A DNA stretch of 64,000 bases from Candidatus Poribacteria bacterium (GCA_964291315.2 OZ219753.1:160001-224000), one strand, 5' to 3'; shown: positions 1-10,990, numbered from the stretch's first letter. Made by a program: numbers and translations. The notes: generated by a model not told the origin, from the sequence alone.

Positions 1-132
1 CTTCTTTAGTCGGATAGGTTCAAGAAAGGTTCGTTTTTTCTAAAAACTTGATTTTGAGACCGGACATGATCCGTCATCCGTTTGCGATCATATCTGCAGA
101 CATTGATTTTTATTCGTAAATAATGTTATATT

Positions 133-1059
133 ATGAAAAAAGGGGGCAGTATGGATTGGAGAGAGGCATTGCCGGAAATTATAACGCAACCCTGTTCACG
201 TCTCCGATTTGGAGAACCGCTTGCGAAACATACCTACTTTGGCATTGGCGGTGAGGTGTCCGCTTACATTGAAGTCAGCACGATGCCTGAACTTGCAGCA
301 CTAGCGCATTTCCATGAGCAGTGGGAGGTTCCGATTGCACCTATCGGTCGCGGGTCCAATCTACTAGTGAACGATATAGGCTTCAAAGGCATCGCCGTGA
401 GATTAGTCGGTGAGTTGGCGAAGTTGGAGGTCGACGGGAACGTAGTTTCGATGGGTGCGGGAGTTTCACTGCCTCGCCTGTCAAAAACCATGTCGCGAAG
501 AGGGTTGAGTGGTTTAGAATTTGCCTTAGGTATTCCGGGTTCTGTGGGCGGTGCACTCATCATGAACGCCGGTGCATGGGGCAGTAGTTTCGCGGATGTT
601 GTTACATCTGTTACAGTCATGAATAGTACTGGTGATCTTGTCAATCTAACGCACACTGAAGCGAACTTTGAGTATCGACATAGCGGTCTGGATGCCTATT
701 TCTGCGTTACGGGGGCGCGGCTTACGCTTGAACATGGCGATGTTGACACAATAACGGATCGGATGAGAACCTTCTACAAAAAGAAGGTCGAAACGCAGCC
801 CTTTGTTGAAGAAAATGCTGGATGTATGTTCAAAAATCCGCCCGGCGATTCCGCGGGGCGGTTGATTGACATCACTGGATTAAAAGGCTATCGTATCGGC
901 GGCGCAGAAATCTCCACGGTGCACGGGAATTTTATTCTCAATATTGATAATGCAACGGCAGCGGATGTTCTGAATTTGGTCGCATACATCCAACAGCAGG
1001 TCCGGGAAAAAACTGGAATTTCCCTCCAAACAGAGGTAAAGCGGTTAGGGTTTGACTAA
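133..1059 (+). CDS. murB: UDP-N-acetylenolpyruvoylglucosamine reductase
   Basis: GRGSNLLV, GIPGSVGGALIMNAGAWG, FEYRHS, NAGCMFKNP, HGNFILN, LQTEV motifs; start may be ATG 151. Confidence 0.95.
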   Translation: MKKGGSMDWREALPEIITQPCSRLRFGEPLAKHTYFGIGGEVSAYIEVSTMPELAALAHFHEQWEVPIAPIGRGSNLLVNDIGFKGIAVRLVGELAKLEVDGNVVSMGAGVSLPRLSKTMSRRGLSGLEFALGIPGSVGGALIMNAGAWGSSFADVVTSVTVMNSTGDLVNLTHTEANFEYRHSGLDAYFCVTGARLTLEHGDVDTITDRMRTFYKKKVETQPFVEENAGCMFKNPPGDSAGRLIDITGLKGYRIGGAEISTVHGNFILNIDNATAADVLNLVAYIQQQVREKTGISLQTEVKRLGFD

Positions 1060-1306
1060 GCCCGATTGCTTTCGTTAATCTATCTGAATCTGGGTAGAAT
1101 CGGCCTGGCGTACATGTGCTTTTCGCTGGTAATGTTTCGCTAAAGTTTTTATTTGTTCTTATCCAGACACAATAAATCATTACGTGAATTCCGATAGGGC
1201 ATCATATGAGAAATAGAAACCTGGTTGGTCATCGTTATGGTAACTAAAAGAAGCTTTCTCCCGCGGATTTTCTCATCGAGAAATTTTTCACCTGTTACTT
1301 CTTGTA

Positions 1307-2500
1307 TTAAGGCCTGATAACTGTGCCGTCCATGCGCCTCACGGGTGCCCAACCGCCGTTGAGTGGGTGTTCAGGGAAGGGGAATCTTGCAGCGAGCTCC
1401 TCATTTAGATCTATGCCGAGTCCGGGTTCCTCGCTTGCCCAATAGCAGCCTTCTCTGATTTCAGGGCACCCTGGGAAAACCTCTTTGGTATTCTCGCCGA
1501 AGACATGCTGTTCCTGAATGCCGAAGTTGTAGCATGCGAGGTCTAGGGCCACGTTCGCAGCATGTCCGACTGGAGAGACGTCCCCCGGTCCATGCCATGC
1601 GGTGCGCACGCCAAAGAATTCACAAAACGCGGCAAGTTTCCGTGCTGGACTAATGCCGCCGATTTGTGAGATATGTACTCGGATGAAGTCGATAAGCCTA
1701 TTTTTGATAATATTGATGTATTCGTTCGGGTTGTTAAACAATTCTCCCATGGCAATTGGAGTGCTGGTCTGTTGGCGCATGAGTTGGAAATAGTCAACAT
1801 CTTCTGGGGCGAATGGGTCTTCGAGGAAGAAAAGATTATACGGTTCTAAGCCTTTCGAGAGATTAATTGCTTGGATAGGTGGGATGCGTTCATGTACATC
1901 GTGGAGGAGTTCTACCTCATCCCCGAGTTGTGTCCGTAGATGATCGAAGAGTTTGATGACGGTGTTGACATAAGGTGTTGGTTCGAAGGCATCGGAGCTG
2001 TCTTTTCCGCGCCTGGCGCCGTACGTTGAATAGCCGGGTATTGCTACTTGTGCGCGGACATAGCGATAGCCTTGTTCTATATAGCGCCGGATGTTCTGTT
2101 CTACTTCCTCGAAAGTGTTTCCGCCTGCATGGGCATAGAGCGTTGCAGCCTCACGGCATTTGCCGCCGAGTAGTTGATAGACTGGCATACTGGCGCGTTT
2201 CCCCATGATGTCCCATAGTGCAATGTCTACGCCGCTGAGGGCATTGTTCAAGACCGGTCCGTTCCTCCAATAGGAGCTGACGAAGCTAGTTTGGAAGATG
2301 TCCTCTATATTCCCTGGGTCCTTGCCGACGAGAAACGGCTTGAGATATTCCTCAACCGCTGTTGCGACTGCGAGCGGCCGTTGTGTAAACGTAGCACAGC
2401 CGATCCCATATAAGCCCTGCTCACTGGTTTCAACCTTAACAACGACAAGGCGAATACCGTTGGGTGCTGTCAGAATGGTTTTAACGTCTGTAATTTTCAA
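1307..2500 (-). CDS. Enolase superfamily sugar-acid dehydratase (RspA/ManD-like)
   Basis: YWRNGPV, ELLHDVHER, FFLEDP, PIAMGELF, TAWHGPGDVSP; probable TTG start at 2500 after AGAGGAG. Confidence 0.88.
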   Translation of the reverse strand: MKITDVKTILTAPNGIRLVVVKVETSEQGLYGIGCATFTQRPLAVATAVEEYLKPFLVGKDPGNIEDIFQTSFVSSYWRNGPVLNNALSGVDIALWDIMGKRASMPVYQLLGGKCREAATLYAHAGGNTFEEVEQNIRRYIEQGYRYVRAQVAIPGYSTYGARRGKDSSDAFEPTPYVNTVIKLFDHLRTQLGDEVELLHDVHERIPPIQAINLSKGLEPYNLFFLEDPFAPEDVDYFQLMRQQTSTPIAMGELFNNPNEYINIIKNRLIDFIRVHISQIGGISPARKLAAFCEFFGVRTAWHGPGDVSPVGHAANVALDLACYNFGIQEQHVFGENTKEVFPGCPEIREGCYWASEEPGLGIDLNEELAARFPFPEHPLNGGWAPVRRMDGTVIRP

Positions 2501-2573
2501 GTGATATTTCTCCTCTCTTACGTTCCTATGGAGTATAGCAGAGCAGCGGTGATCTGTCAAAGGGATTTGGCAT

Positions 2574-4718
2574 CTATCGTGTTTTCCTTAGGATAAGGTT
2601 TTGGTAGGGATCAACAATAGCAGAAAAATTGGGAGGTATTATAGTCGTCGCGCTGAATTCTGTGACAATCGCGGGCCCAGTGATACAGTTGCCCGGACGC
2701 AGCAGTTCGCGGCGATAGAGATCCGTTGGGACTGTTTCGTTCTCAAAAACTACTTGTGTTTGAGTGATGCATGCTTCAGATGTATCGGTATCAGCAGGTT
2801 GTATCGGTTGGATGAGAGGTTTGTTTGTCTCTCCGAGAGCTGTGAGGCGGAGGTTCACTACTTCCGATGGAGCATCAGTTCTGGCATACCCGAATCGTTG
2901 GGCATGTGCAGCGTGGAATCTCTCGGTAAACGTCTGTATCGCCTCGGCAGAAGCGTTTATTGCATCGGTATATGGGATATTTAATTCGTAAGATTGACCG
3001 GCATACCGTATATCAAGTGAACGAGTGATTTTGAGTTGGTCTAGTGTAAACCCCTCTGTCTTCATTTCAGTTTCGGCCCGGTTGAGCAGTTTATTAAATT
3101 CGTTGTTTAATGCTTCAACAAGGTTTTCAGCATTACTTTTTTCAAGATGCCATAACACTGTCCGTGAATAATCTTTGACAACCTCTGCAAAGAGCATGCC
3201 GTAGGCAGAGAGTAGACCGCCGTTGGGTGGGATAAGAACTGTTCCGATCCCAAGGTTCTCAGCTATAAATGCTGCGTGTAGTCCCCCGGCCCCTCCGAAA
3301 GAGACGAGCGTGAAGTCGCGTGTATCGAATCCGCGTTCGACAGAAATGACTTTGACTGCGCGTTCCATAGTTGCATTGGCAACCTTGAGGATACCGTCTG
3401 CGGTTTGAAGAGGCGAGATACCGAGATCCGAGGCGAATTTTTCAATGTAGGTGCGGGCCCTATGAATGTCGAGAGACATCGTGCCGCCTAAAAATTGTGT
3501 TGCTGCGATGCGTCCTAAGAAGAGGTTCGCATCGGTTACCGTGATGTGTTCACCTTTATTTCCATAACAGATTGGACCTGGATCCGCTCCTGCGCTCTCC
3601 GGTCCGACCCGTAGTGCGCCGCCTATATCGACATTTGCAATTGAACCGCCCCCGGCACCTACAGTGTGGATGTCGATAAGCGGTACCTTGATAGGAAGCC
3701 CGCTGATCGTGCTTTCTGTTGTCAAGGCTATGCCGTTACTGCAGAGACTCACATCTGTTGAAGTTCCGCCCATATCGAATGTGATAATTTGGTTGTAGCC
3801 GGCGGTTTTCGCGATTTGGAATGCACCAAGAACGCCGCTAGCGGGACCGGATAACACAGTACGGATACCAGCCGACTCACCTTTATATGGCAAGTTTTCA
3901 GTTTGTGGGCTGCTCTGAAAAATCTTTCCAGAAACGCTGCCGCCGTTAGAGAGCATCAAACGCAATGCTTTCGGAAACTGTTTTGCCTCTATGAGTGTGG
4001 AAAGGTGTCGTTCCAAGGTAGGACGAATATAAGCGTTGGCAACAGTAGTGCTGAAACGGGCATATTCTCGGTACTCAGGTAGGACTTCGTGTGAGCAGGA
4101 AACTGGGACCTCAAGTCGTGATGAGAGGTGTTCCCTAACAACCTGTTCATTTTGTGGATTAACGTAGGCGAACAGAAAACAGATTGCGATTGCATCGAGT
4201 TCCAACGCAGCGAGTTGTGTCGCAAGCGCATCTAACTCATCTAGTTTAACCTCAGTTTGAATGTCACCGGTGTGCAGTGTTCGTTCTAAAATCCCGAAGC
4301 GTCGTTCAGCAGGTACTAGCGGGGCCGGGCGTTCCGCGGAAAAGTCATAAAGGTTTGGGCGCGCTTGTCTGCCTATTTCTAAAATGTCTTCAAAACCTTT
4401 TGTTGTGACAAGTGCGATACGTGCCCCTCTGCGTTCAAGGAGCGCGTTTGTGGCAACCGTGGATCCGTGGACGACCTCGACCTGCTGGGCATCGATGTCA
4501 TGCATGCACAGAATTTCAGCGACCCCTTGTATCACAGCATGAGCGGGATTCTGTGGTGTGGATAGAACTTTGTGTGTGAATAGCGTGTCGTTGATATGCA
4601 GCACGATATCGGTGAAGGTCCCCCCGGTGTCGACTCCTATTTTTTTTACTAACTTTCGGGGTCCGTCTGGATGTTCGCTATGTTCACTTTGGGCTATGAG
4701 TGTATGGCAGTTATGCAT
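2574..4718 (-). CDS. Hydantoinase A/oxoprolinase family protein
   Basis: GVDTGGTFTD, HGSTVATNALLER, SGPASG, DMGGTSTD, GAGGGSIA, VGPESAGADPGP. Confidence 0.92.
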   Translation of the reverse strand: MHNCHTLIAQSEHSEHPDGPRKLVKKIGVDTGGTFTDIVLHINDTLFTHKVLSTPQNPAHAVIQGVAEILCMHDIDAQQVEVVHGSTVATNALLERRGARIALVTTKGFEDILEIGRQARPNLYDFSAERPAPLVPAERRFGILERTLHTGDIQTEVKLDELDALATQLAALELDAIAICFLFAYVNPQNEQVVREHLSSRLEVPVSCSHEVLPEYREYARFSTTVANAYIRPTLERHLSTLIEAKQFPKALRLMLSNGGSVSGKIFQSSPQTENLPYKGESAGIRTVLSGPASGVLGAFQIAKTAGYNQIITFDMGGTSTDVSLCSNGIALTTESTISGLPIKVPLIDIHTVGAGGGSIANVDIGGALRVGPESAGADPGPICYGNKGEHITVTDANLFLGRIAATQFLGGTMSLDIHRARTYIEKFASDLGISPLQTADGILKVANATMERAVKVISVERGFDTRDFTLVSFGGAGGLHAAFIAENLGIGTVLIPPNGGLLSAYGMLFAEVVKDYSRTVLWHLEKSNAENLVEALNNEFNKLLNRAETEMKTEGFTLDQLKITRSLDIRYAGQSYELNIPYTDAINASAEAIQTFTERFHAAHAQRFGYARTDAPSEVVNLRLTALGETNKPLIQPIQPADTDTSEACITQTQVVFENETVPTDLYRRELLRPGNCITGPAIVTEFSATTIIPPNFSAIVDPYQNLILRKTR

Positions 4719-4745
4719 TGTTTCTCTTTTTTTCGCTGTGAATGG

Positions 4746-5708
4746 TTATGAGACAACTACGTTTTGGGGGTTGCCTTCCAGAAAAGTGATGATGTTATCT
4801 ACCGCGCCTTCGTTAAGGAGTTCGACTCCTTCCGGAGTCATATCGGCACAATGCGGTGTTAGAATCACTTGTTTGCACGCCAAGAGTGGATGGTCTGCAG
4901 GGAGCGGTTCTTGATCGTAGACATCGATAGCAGCGCCTCCGAGGTGGCCGCTGTTGAGGGCGTTAACCAAAGCATCTGTATCAATTAGATTGCCGCGCGC
5001 AACATTGATTAAAAGGGTCCCCGGCTTCATCATAGCGATTTCGTTTTCGCCAATGAGATGGTAGCTTTTCTCTGTCAATCTAACGTGTAAACTGACAACA
5101 TCGGCGGTACGGAGTAATTCTGTCAGGGAAACGAAGCGGATCCTTAATTCTTGTGCTCGTGTTGTTGAAGGATGGTATGTCCAGGCAATAACATCCATCC
5201 CGATGGCTCGTCCGAGTCGTGCCATCTCAGCCCCGATATGCCCGGTGCCGATAATTCCCAAGGTTTTCCCTTGAAGGTAGACATTGTCGATACGTGGCCA
5301 GCCCCCTGCTTTCATAGATGCCGTTAGAAATGCTGCGCGTTTGGCAAGTCCGAGCATCAGTCCGAACCCGTGTTCCGCGACAACGGGAGCAGTCCGTCCG
5401 GGTTGGTTGCAAACGGTGATTCCGCGCTTTTTTGCTTCATCGAGTCCAATCATATCAGTCCCGATGGAGCAGAGCGAGATTAATTTAAGCTTAGAAAGTT
5501 GTCGTAGAAGTTCAGCTGGCCACTTGACGAGTCCACGCGAATTGATGAGGATTTCTGCGTCCTCGGCGCGACGGAGTTGTTCTGTGTCGGTTTCGGGTCG
5601 GTTGGTGTAAATGACGACATCGCCATACGGTTTGAGGCGTTCTAGATGCGGTGAGCCTTGGATTTGCGGTGGTGAATCACCAGGGACAACAATTTTGAGC
5701 CTGTTCAC
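4746..5708 (-). CDS. D-isomer-specific 2-hydroxyacid dehydrogenase
   Basis: GIIGTGHIG Rossmann motif, LINVARG, AAIDVYDQEP, LTPHCA; GTG start at 5708 inferred. Confidence 0.88.
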   Translation of the reverse strand: MNRLKIVVPGDSPPQIQGSPHLERLKPYGDVVIYTNRPETDTEQLRRAEDAEILINSRGLVKWPAELLRQLSKLKLISLCSIGTDMIGLDEAKKRGITVCNQPGRTAPVVAEHGFGLMLGLAKRAAFLTASMKAGGWPRIDNVYLQGKTLGIIGTGHIGAEMARLGRAIGMDVIAWTYHPSTTRAQELRIRFVSLTELLRTADVVSLHVRLTEKSYHLIGENEIAMMKPGTLLINVARGNLIDTDALVNALNSGHLGGAAIDVYDQEPLPADHPLLACKQVILTPHCADMTPEGVELLNEGAVDNIITFLEGNPQNVVVS

Positions 5709-5724
5709 AATTTGTTCCTTTTTA

Positions 5725-6339
5725 TTATTCTTCGCCCCACTTGTGTGTTTTTGCGCCACCGTCGTAGGCGACAGCGTGTCCTGCTTCTAACAACGACTCG
5801 GCGACGTTGATAAAGATATCATCTTTGAAACATATGACGGTGGCGACGGTTCGCCCGAAATATTTATCGGGTTGCGGATTCTGAATTATGAATCCGAGAG
5901 TCCCCTCTTCGTTTCTGTTTGCCATGATGAGTCGTTTGAGGAAATCGGTTGCAGCTTGGGCTTGTTCTTTTTCTTTTTGGAGAGAGGCTTCGGTGCGTCC
6001 GGCGCGTATCGGCCGCCTTTCAGGTGTGTCTATTCCAGCGATTCTAATATCAGTAAAGCTGTAAATACCGTCAACCCTTTGTTCGATGCCGGGCCAAAGC
6101 ATTAATCGATCTTCACTCATACCGAGTGGTGATGAATGAAACGAATGAATCTGGACAGTCACATCCAAAATTGTATCGCCATCGTAAACGTTGTCAATGC
6201 TATCAATTGTGCCGTAATAGATTGGCCCGCTATCGTTCTGAATCAAGAGATTAGAGGTCTCACATCCGGCGAGCGACATGCACAACAAGAGTGCTAAGCT
6301 TATTTTTTTTAGAATGGCGGTGTATGGTGGTAGAAGCAT
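5725..6339 (-). CDS. Thermonuclease (SNase-family) lipoprotein
   Basis: Lipobox LAGC; YDGDT, IRIAGIDTPE, DKYFGR and LLEAGHAVAY SNase motifs; start trimmed to ATG 6339. Confidence 0.8.
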   Translation of the reverse strand: MLLPPYTAILKKISLALLLCMSLAGCETSNLLIQNDSGPIYYGTIDSIDNVYDGDTILDVTVQIHSFHSSPLGMSEDRLMLWPGIEQRVDGIYSFTDIRIAGIDTPERRPIRAGRTEASLQKEKEQAQAATDFLKRLIMANRNEEGTLGFIIQNPQPDKYFGRTVATVICFKDDIFINVAESLLEAGHAVAYDGGAKTHKWGEE

Positions 6340-6361
6340 AAATCTGATAACTTCCCCCGAT

Positions 6362-7522
6362 TTACTCAAAACATTCCTTATATAGGGTGACAATATCTTC
6401 GGCAGTAGCCTGTCGCGGATTGTTAGCGGGACTCCCGCTTGCGAGGGCATCGGCTGCCATCTGTTCAACGACAGACTCGAATTCTTCTTTGTTAATGCCG
6501 ATTTCTCCAAGGCGCGGCATCTGAATGTCGGTGACGAGGCGTTCAACGGCAGAGATTGCTGCATCAGCTTGATGCATCGGAGACAATCCGTCAATTGGTT
6601 CCCCCATGGCGCGTGCGACATCGGCAAATCGAGCAGGTGCCCCGATGATACTGAACGCCATCACGTCGCGTAATAAAACTGAATTTGATAACCCATGGTG
6701 AATATGGAAGTAGGCACCAATTGGACGTGACATGCCGTGGACCAAAGCCACAGATGAATTGCTGAACGCTATACCAGCGATAGACGCACCGATCATCATA
6801 TCATTACGCGCAGAGACATTTTCGCTGTCGCTCCACGCCTGCCGGAGCGACCCTGAAATCATGGCAACCGCTTTCAGAGCGAGTGCGTCTGTTATTGGTT
6901 GGGCGCGTTTGGAGATGTATGCCTCTATTGCGTGCGTCAAAGCGTCAACGCCTACCGCGGCAGTCAGAGGCTGCGGGGTTGTTAAAGATAACAACGGATC
7001 TACAAGGGCAACGGATGCAAGTAGGCACGGACTACTGAGCATCATCTTGACGTTTTGTTCGGTATCAGTAATGACGGTAACTTTGGAAACTTCGCTCCCT
7101 GTTCCCGCTGTTGTCGGTATTGCAATGAGCGGTGCAGCTGGATTTGGGATCTTGTCCACCCCGATATAACTGGCGAAGTCCCCTTTATTTGTGAGTTTCA
7201 TCGCGATGCCTTTTCCACAGTCAATAGCGCTTCCGCCACCGATACTCACGATTAGATCACAGGCTTCGTCAATGTATTGCTTTAAACCGTCACTTACGTT
7301 TTGTAAGGTTGGATCGGGTGTGACATCAGCGAAGCATGAGGAGGCTATTCCGGCATTGTGTAAATTTTGGGCGATGTTGGCGGTGTATCCAATTTCGGCG
7401 ATACCAGGATCGGTTACGATAAGTACATTCGTTGCCCCGAGATGTTTTGCTTGTGCACCGACGTTCTCGGCTGCCCCTGCGCCTGTGATTATCGTAGGAG
7501 GGAGTGTTAATGTTGTAGGCAA
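6362..7522 (-). CDS. Iron-containing alcohol dehydrogenase
   Basis: GGGSAIDCGK, IPTTAGTGSE, DALTHAIE, VHGMS, HHGLSN. Confidence 0.93.
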   Translation of the reverse strand: MPTTLTLPPTIITGAGAAENVGAQAKHLGATNVLIVTDPGIAEIGYTANIAQNLHNAGIASSCFADVTPDPTLQNVSDGLKQYIDEACDLIVSIGGGSAIDCGKGIAMKLTNKGDFASYIGVDKIPNPAAPLIAIPTTAGTGSEVSKVTVITDTEQNVKMMLSSPCLLASVALVDPLLSLTTPQPLTAAVGVDALTHAIEAYISKRAQPITDALALKAVAMISGSLRQAWSDSENVSARNDMMIGASIAGIAFSNSSVALVHGMSRPIGAYFHIHHGLSNSVLLRDVMAFSIIGAPARFADVARAMGEPIDGLSPMHQADAAISAVERLVTDIQMPRLGEIGINKEEFESVVEQMAADALASGSPANNPRQATAEDIVTLYKECFE

Positions 7523-7605
7523 TTTTCGATTCCCTATGAAGGTTTAGTGTTCAGTTGAATGTAGATTGGATTAAAAGCAACACTATATTGACATTCAAAC
7601 GAAGA

Positions 7606-7791
7606 TCAAAGTACATCTAACCTACCAATCAATTTCCCCCAAGTCGTTACCTTCACGCGGCCTAATGAACTGACTTCTTTTCGTTCGGTTATTTCTTGGG
7701 CAAGTTTCGAATTCATGATGTAATTGTCTAATATATCCGCAACTCGATCTGTGCCTAACTGGTCGGCTTCGATCGTAATGTCGTCTGTTGT
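7606..7791 (-). pseudogene. 3' remnant of a secreted-protein gene carrying the C-terminal TTWG motif
   Basis: Open frame with no upstream start, ...EVSSLGRVKVTTWGKL..., bounded by TGA at 7792-7794; 3' end overlaps a GTAG/CTAC REP-like element. Confidence 0.5.
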
Positions 7792-7846
7792 TCACTTATT
7801 TGTATGCGGCTTGGATGCGTAGGTGGTAGAATTTATCGAATGTGTC

Positions 7847-9412
7847 TTAATGCCGGAAATGGCGGACCCCTGTCAGCACCATTGCTATACCGTAGGTGTC
7901 CGCTGCTTCAATCACAGGCCCGTCATTGACAGAACCGCCGGGTTGAATAATGGCACGGATCCCTGCCTCACCCGCGATCTCAACGCTGTCTGGGAATGGG
8001 AAGTAGGCATCCGAAGCCAGCATGGCACCTTGTGCCTTTTCACCTGCCTTTCGGACAGCGATGATAGTGGAGTCCACACGGCTCATTTGTCCTGCGCCGA
8101 TGCCGACACTTTGGGTGCCTTGGGCCAACAGAATGCAGTTAGATTTGACGTGTTTACACGCTTTCCATGCGAAAAGTAAGGATTTTATCTCTATGTCTGT
8201 TGGTGCACGCTTCGTGACGACCTTTAAGGCATCCGTTGTTAACTCGTGGACATCCGGGTACTGAACCAACACGCCTCCTGCAACATTGCGAACTTGTAAA
8301 ATAGGTTCTGAAGAGAAAAGAGTACCTGTTTCCAGAATCGGGCGGCGTTTAACGCGGGACAAAGCTCTTAGCGCTTTTTCAGTGTAATTAGGTGCGATAA
8401 TTGCGTCGATTTTCACACCAGCATTCGCAGCTTCTCGGATCGTGTTAGCAGTCTGAATTGTCACTTTGCGGTTTAGTCCTATAATTGAGCCGAAAGCAGA
8501 GGTTCGATCGCATTCTAGGGCTTGTGTGAAAGCATCTTTTAAGTTGTCGGCAATTGCGAGTCCGCACGGATTATTATGTTTGATGATGGCGCAAGCCGGT
8601 TGTGTGAAGTCCTTGACGATTTCTAGAGCGGTTTCCAGATCGAGGATATTGTTAAAAGAGAGCGGTTGTCCGTTGAGTTGTTTTGCCCAGGCCGCACATG
8701 CACCAGGATCGGTTCTAGTTTTGTAGAAAGCGGCGCGTTGATGTGGGTTTTCGCCGTAACGGAGGGCCCGCTCTTTCTTAAAATGGAAGGTCAGTTCAGA
8801 AGCGAATTCATCCGTTTGTGAGTCAACGTTACCGAGATAGGTGGAGATTGCCGAGTCATACGTAGCGGTATATGCAAAAGCTGCTTTTGCAAGCTCAAAT
8901 CGTTGCTCTTCGGAAAGGCAGCCGGCGTTGGCATCTAGGGCGGTGATGATCTGTGGATATTGACTCGCTGCAGTCAGGACAGCAATGTGTTGGTGATTTT
9001 TCGCTGCAGCACGAATCATAGTTGGCCCCCCGATATCGATGTTCTCAATCGCTTCTGCCAGTGTTACGTCCGGTTTGGCGACAGTTGCTTCAAACGGATA
9101 CAGGTTGCATATCACCATGTCGATACGGTTGATGCCGTGTGTTTCCATTTGTTTCCTGTGTTCCGTATTGTTCCATTGCGCGAGGAGACCTCCTTGAATT
9201 TTCGGATGTAACGTTTTAACTCGGCCGTCCAACATTTCAGGAAAACCGGTGTAGTCAGACACATCGTGAATGTCAATTCCGGCATCTCGGAGGTGCTGAG
9301 CCGTGCCGCCCGTAGAGAGGATTTCCACGTCACACTGGACAAGGATGTTTGCTATTTCCAGAATACCGGTTTTATCATAGACGCTGATGAGTGCGCGTTG
9401 TATTTTTTTCAT
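7847..9412 (-). CDS. purH: Bifunctional AICAR transformylase/IMP cyclohydrolase
   Basis: RALISVYDKTG, GRVKTLHP, ENIDIGGPTM, LRYGENPHQ, GAGQMSRVDS, TGVRHFRH. Confidence 0.97.
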   Translation of the reverse strand: MKKIQRALISVYDKTGILEIANILVQCDVEILSTGGTAQHLRDAGIDIHDVSDYTGFPEMLDGRVKTLHPKIQGGLLAQWNNTEHRKQMETHGINRIDMVICNLYPFEATVAKPDVTLAEAIENIDIGGPTMIRAAAKNHQHIAVLTAASQYPQIITALDANAGCLSEEQRFELAKAAFAYTATYDSAISTYLGNVDSQTDEFASELTFHFKKERALRYGENPHQRAAFYKTRTDPGACAAWAKQLNGQPLSFNNILDLETALEIVKDFTQPACAIIKHNNPCGLAIADNLKDAFTQALECDRTSAFGSIIGLNRKVTIQTANTIREAANAGVKIDAIIAPNYTEKALRALSRVKRRPILETGTLFSSEPILQVRNVAGGVLVQYPDVHELTTDALKVVTKRAPTDIEIKSLLFAWKACKHVKSNCILLAQGTQSVGIGAGQMSRVDSTIIAVRKAGEKAQGAMLASDAYFPFPDSVEIAGEAGIRAIIQPGGSVNDGPVIEAADTYGIAMVLTGVRHFRH

Positions 9413-9502
9413 TTTTGGCTTTCATTTATTGGTTATCAGTCGTTGGTTAAAAAGGTTTTAATGCCTTAAATATGCTTAGCTGATGGGTGTTTACTGACAG
9501 TC

Positions 9503-10777
9503 CTAAGTAACATATCTGGGGAATCCGAATCCATCGTTTGCGACGTGGCTTCGCGCGGGAATCTGCGATCGGTTTGGTATAATCAAGTCCATTTCTGACG
9601 TATTTTCAATAACGGTGCCGTCTCCGATGCGTACCTGGTCGCCGATGTAGATTTTACCGGGATGTTTCGCCGCCCCGCGAATCGTTCCGATAACGACGGA
9701 CGAACCGATGCTGCACCGTTGGGCGATTTCAACAAATCCATAAATTTCTGTATTCGTGCCAACAGTGGAATAGTCAGCGATCTGCACCGGACCGAGCAGG
9801 CTTGTGTCGGTGCCAATTTCGACAAAATCGCCGATGACAGGGTGGCGTTGTTTGACTTTAACGCTCAAACCGCCCAGGGTACAAGGATAGATAACACATC
9901 CGGAGCCTATAATTCCTGTTTGACCGGTGGTTACGCCGCGGTGCGGGTGTTCTAAGAGGTTAGCGTCTCCTATCTGTGTTTCTGGATGCAAATCGGCTTG
10001 GTAGTAGCGTCCTGCAAGTTCTGAAATCGCGCGCGGTAACAGGGGGACAGGAACTCTCTGAATTTTTGGACTCTCTTCAAGGGGTGTGCTCTGCGTCAAC
10101 GCGTGCGCGACATCGTGGTAGAAAAGTATTCGCCACCCCGGATAAGTGCTACCGACCAACTGGAGTTGATAATCTAAAACGGAAGCGAGGTTCAAAGTGT
10201 CTAGAAAATCTTGATACGGTTTAAAAGTGCGCTCCTGAATTGCCTCGTCAATTTGGGAACGAAAATCTATGGAGGCTGTTTTTTCGAGAGAGATGCCGGT
10301 GTGAAGAAGATACGCATCCCAGACTGCGGGGTCTTTGAGAGAGGCAAAGCGATTCCAGAGGGCTCTGCTTTTAAAGCGTGGCAATTCCCAGAGAAGTGAG
10401 AAGGCAGTTTCCAGGGCAGCTCCGAGGTGTGTTTCATCTGTAACGGCTAAAAAGGACTGTGCGACCATGGCATACAACTGGTCGGCTACCTCTTCAATTG
10501 CGTCTGAAAGGTTTTGGTTCTGATGGTGAAGATGTGGTGCGTTGTGTGACCCCGGGGCAACACATTCTAAGAGGTTGCCGAGCACAGTTTCGAGAGTGTC
10601 CCGATTGACGAACCCGCGTCCTGAACGTTGTGCCAAGCCTTCATGGCTTGTGCGATCGATACGAAGAACACTCAACTCCGCTTTGCTATAAATAGGGCGA
10701 AGCCGTTCCAAAGTCTGGATCAATAGCGGCTTTTTTCGGTGTTCGTACGATTCATCAAAAAGCGTGGTTTCAGTCAT
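9503..10777 (-). CDS. Divergent serine O-acetyltransferase-like protein with hexapeptide repeats and a long N-terminal extension
   Basis: YPG..HDVAH, DLHP, LEHP.RGV, TLGG....RHPVIGD and left-handed beta-helix repeats. Confidence 0.65.
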   Translation of the reverse strand: MTETTLFDESYEHRKKPLLIQTLERLRPIYSKAELSVLRIDRTSHEGLAQRSGRGFVNRDTLETVLGNLLECVAPGSHNAPHLHHQNQNLSDAIEEVADQLYAMVAQSFLAVTDETHLGAALETAFSLLWELPRFKSRALWNRFASLKDPAVWDAYLLHTGISLEKTASIDFRSQIDEAIQERTFKPYQDFLDTLNLASVLDYQLQLVGSTYPGWRILFYHDVAHALTQSTPLEESPKIQRVPVPLLPRAISELAGRYYQADLHPETQIGDANLLEHPHRGVTTGQTGIIGSGCVIYPCTLGGLSVKVKQRHPVIGDFVEIGTDTSLLGPVQIADYSTVGTNTEIYGFVEIAQRCSIGSSVVIGTIRGAAKHPGKIYIGDQVRIGDGTVIENTSEMDLIIPNRSQIPARSHVANDGFGFPRYVT

Positions 10778-10990
10778 CTTTTCAGTTGCTTGCTATTAAA
10801 TATGAGCTACTGCGCGTCTACTGTACTAATAACCATCAGCGGTCAGTATTTCGATTGTCACAACCTAGCTTCTTACAGTTTTAAGGCTTGCCGTGATTAC
10901 AAGTCTCTCGTTATACAGTATCTGATAATGTCACAGATCCCAGTTCAGATAATTTTAAATTTGTGTTGATCACGGAAAAGGTACTCAGAC

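Noticed and set aside
2574-4718. Hydantoinase A without an adjacent B subunit
   Set aside because: The partner may lie elsewhere in the genome; not informative from one window
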